From the NCBI GenBank assembly GCA_031262165.1, contig JAISIF010000071.1:78-64077 (forward strand): a stretch of DNA of 64,000 bases, in the 5' to 3' direction. This document shows positions 62,411 to 64,000 of this stretch, piece after piece. Source of the stretch: Myxococcales bacterium (lineage in GTDB: Bacteria > Myxococcota > Myxococcia > Myxococcales > UBA5297). Numbering within the stretch: the first letter of the stretch is position 1; each line of letters opens with the position of its first letter. The position numbers and the translations under genes are program-made. The notes below the pieces were generated by a model. That model was not told where the DNA came from. It saw nothing but the letters and a program-made list of their open reading frames with translations, and searched no databases.

Positions 62411-62566
62411 AAGGACTTATCCTTCAATTAGGAGCGAGCAACGCGAAGGGGGGAATGCCAGATGAGGCGCGAGGTGGGAGCTCCCAGACGGAAGTGAAGC
62501 GCGAAGCAACGAGGGCTGGCGTTTCAGGGACGAGCGGGGCGACGGGATAATCGATGGATAAGTCCC
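62411..62566 (+). mobile_element. Family-A MITE-like repeat, copy 8
   Basis: Sequence: aaggacttatccttcaattaggagcgagcaacgcgaagg...ggaagtgaagcgcgaagcaacgagggctggcgtttcaggg...gggataatcgatggataagtccc. The TIR ggacttatccttcaatta matches the reverse complement of taatcgatggataagtcc at 16 of 18 positions. Confidence 0.88.
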
Positions 62567-63049
62567 AAAGCTAAAAATGCGTCAACTCGCGCGTCTTAGA
62601 AATCGCATTTATGCAAAGACAACCCCTCTCTCTAATATAAAGGAGAATATTTTGAGCTACTCTAGAGATTTGACGGATGCATAATAGCGAATGGGAATCG
62701 AGCGAAATAAATCAAGCGAGTTTTAATGAATTCGGCGCACTATTTATAGAAGAGCCAAGAAATCTGGATTATGGAAGCGGTTCATAAGTGTATTGGTCAA
62801 AATTGATCGCGAAAGGTGCGGATGATTCGAGTTCTCTGGACATACAGCGGTTTCAGGAAAGTTTGACACCAACTTGAGCCTTCTGTCTCTCTTTGAGGAA
62901 TGCGTCATTCTTTTTTGAAACCGCTGTAATTCACACGGACTATTGATAATCGCCCATACGCGATGACGACATGACTCTATGATGAATCATGACAGCCCAT
63001 CACCATCGATGACACGCCCTGCCCAGCTATCATTTCTCCCAAAATCGCC

Positions 63050-63078
63050 TTGACAGAGGCGCGCCGGATCTCTAAAAG
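63050..63078 (+). promoter_or_regulatory. Candidate promoter of tRNA-Val
   Basis: TTGACA (63050-63055) is followed by 17 nt and then TAAAAG (63073-63078), about 20 nt before the tRNA 5' end. Confidence 0.35.
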
Positions 63079-63097
63079 CCGCGCCGTTTTCGGAGAC

Positions 63098-63170
63098 AGG
63101 CCGGTAGCTCAGTGGCTAGAGCACTACCTTGACACGGTAGGGGTCGGTGGTTCAATCCCACTCCGGCCTA
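63098..63170 (+). tRNA. tRNA-Val (anticodon GAC)
   Basis: Hand-folded cloverleaf: acceptor AGGCCGG/CCGGCCT; D arm GCTC-AGTGGCTA-GAGC; anticodon arm CTACC-TTGACAC-GGTAG; variable loop GGGTC; T arm GGTGG-TTCAATC-CCACT; discriminator A. No CCA is encoded. Confidence 0.92.
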
Positions 63171-63177
63171 ACGAAAT

Positions 63178-63214
63178 CCCCCAGAGCGCATCAGTCGCTT
63201 GGGGGTTTTTTTTT
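63178..63214 (+). terminator. Rho-independent terminator after tRNA-Val
   Basis: The stem CCCCCA...TGGGGG is followed by TTTTTTTTT. Confidence 0.7.
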
Positions 63215-63269
63215 GCCTTTTTGACGAGACAGATGGCGCGCTTTGCATGCGCTCGACGGAGAAAACACA

Positions 63270-64000
63270 ATGGATCAGGTGACGATCACGCTGCCGGACG
63301 GAAAACAAAAGTCAGTCCCCAAAGGCATGTCCATCGGCGAGTTTATTTCGACCCAGATCGGCACAGGTCTCGCCAAGGTGTCGCTCGCTGCCAAGCTCGA
63401 TGGCGAGCTCGTCGATCTGAGCTGCCCGATCGAGCAGGACGCATCGCTCGAAGTGGTGACGAACAAGACTCAGCAGGGACTCGAGCTGGCCCGTCACAGC
63501 GCCGCGCACGTCATGGCCAGCGTCGTCCAGAAGCTCTTCCCTGGCACCCAGGTGACCATCGGCCCCACGGTCGAGGACGGTTTTTATTACGACTTCTTTA
63601 GGCCCGAGCCGTTCACGCCAGAGGATCTCGATCGCATCGAGAAGGCGGTGAACGAGGAGCTCGCGCACAAGATCGCCTTCGAGCGAAGTGAGATCGATGC
63701 CGAAAAAGCCATCGAAATGTTCGAAGCCAAGGGTGAGAAGTTCAAGGTCGAGATCGTCGAGGACATCGTGGCCAAGGGCGCGAAAACGCTGACGCTCTAT
63801 CGACACGGCGACTGGGTCGATTTCTGCCGTGGCCCACATGTGCCTTCGACCGACAAGATTGGTGTGGTCAAACTGATGAGCGTGGCGGGTGCGTATTGGC
63901 GCGGCAAGCCGGGCAACCCGATGCTCCAGCGCATCTACGGCACGGCGTTCTTCAGCCAGAAGGAGCTCGACGCCTACCTGCATCGGCTCGAAGAGGCCAA
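63270..64000 (+). CDS. thrS: Threonyl-tRNA synthetase, 5' part (runs off the window end)
   Basis: This is not in the ORF track because no stop lies within the window. The ATG at 63270 follows GGAGA. Translation gives [26 protein letters not shown].. (TGS domain), ..[35 protein letters not shown].., ..[35 protein letters not shown]. Confidence 0.93.
   Translation, partial: MDQVTITLPDGKQKSVPKGMSIGEFISTQIGTGLAKVSLAAKLDGELVDLSCPIEQDASLEVVTNKTQQGLELARHSAAHVMASVVQKLFPGTQVTIGPTVEDGFYYDFFRPEPFTPEDLDRIEKAVNEELAHKIAFERSEIDAEKAIEMFEAKGEKFKVEIVEDIVAKGAKTLTLYRHGDWVDFCRGPHVPSTDKIGVVKLMSVAGAYWRGKPGNPMLQRIYGTAFFSQKELDAYLHRLEEA

Noticed and set aside
63050-63601. 183-aa plus-strand ORF and 223-aa minus-strand ORF (63312..63983) at the window end
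   Set aside because: The first reads straight through the tRNA-Val gene and its terminator. Both overlap the thrS frame, which starts at 63270 and translates into an unmistakable ThrRS N-terminus.

Overview
This is a high-GC chromosomal segment with G/C-saturated third codon positions. It looks myxobacterial: a MYXO-CTERM-type sorting tail, a PEGA-domain Ser/Thr kinase, and an FHA protein with an AgmX/PglI-type C-terminal module. I support about 40 protein genes. Most are core functions: a class A PBP, NadE, MetK, LysS, XerD, MetH, EttA, TldD/PmbA, SSB, GrpE, PhaR, an ExbB/ExbD-type pair, tRNA-Val(GAC) and the 5' part of thrS. Many long ORFs in the supplied track are antisense or off-frame shadows of these genes, which is typical of GC-rich DNA, and I reject them. 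I did not find a self-evident, complete new multi-gene system such as a defence island, CRISPR array or retron. The observations most worth a second look are these. (1) 203-10754 is an envelope locus in which a two-cysteine TonB-C/TolA-C-like module is amplified as 1+2+6 intact copies plus one decayed copy in four adjacent genes, followed by a CpoB/YbgF-like lipoprotein and a class A PBP. (2) A PEGA-domain Ser/Thr kinase carrying a very recent 261-bp tandem duplication sits directly upstream of a TonB-dependent receptor with an unusual TPR + 3xPEGA N-terminal extension. (3) A MITE-like repeat of about 155-170 bp with terminal inverted repeats (family A) is present in 7 full and 2 partial copies; one copy is inserted into a decayed IS200-type tnpA and two flank an IS5-like remnant. 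(4) A second family of short foldback repeats (family B) is concentrated in the AT-rich intergenic islands. (5) A radical SAM gene is translationally coupled to a polytopic M48-type peptidase gene. (6) A Tat-lipoprotein TldD is paired with a signal-less PmbA. All functional calls rest on motif recognition by eye; no database search was possible.
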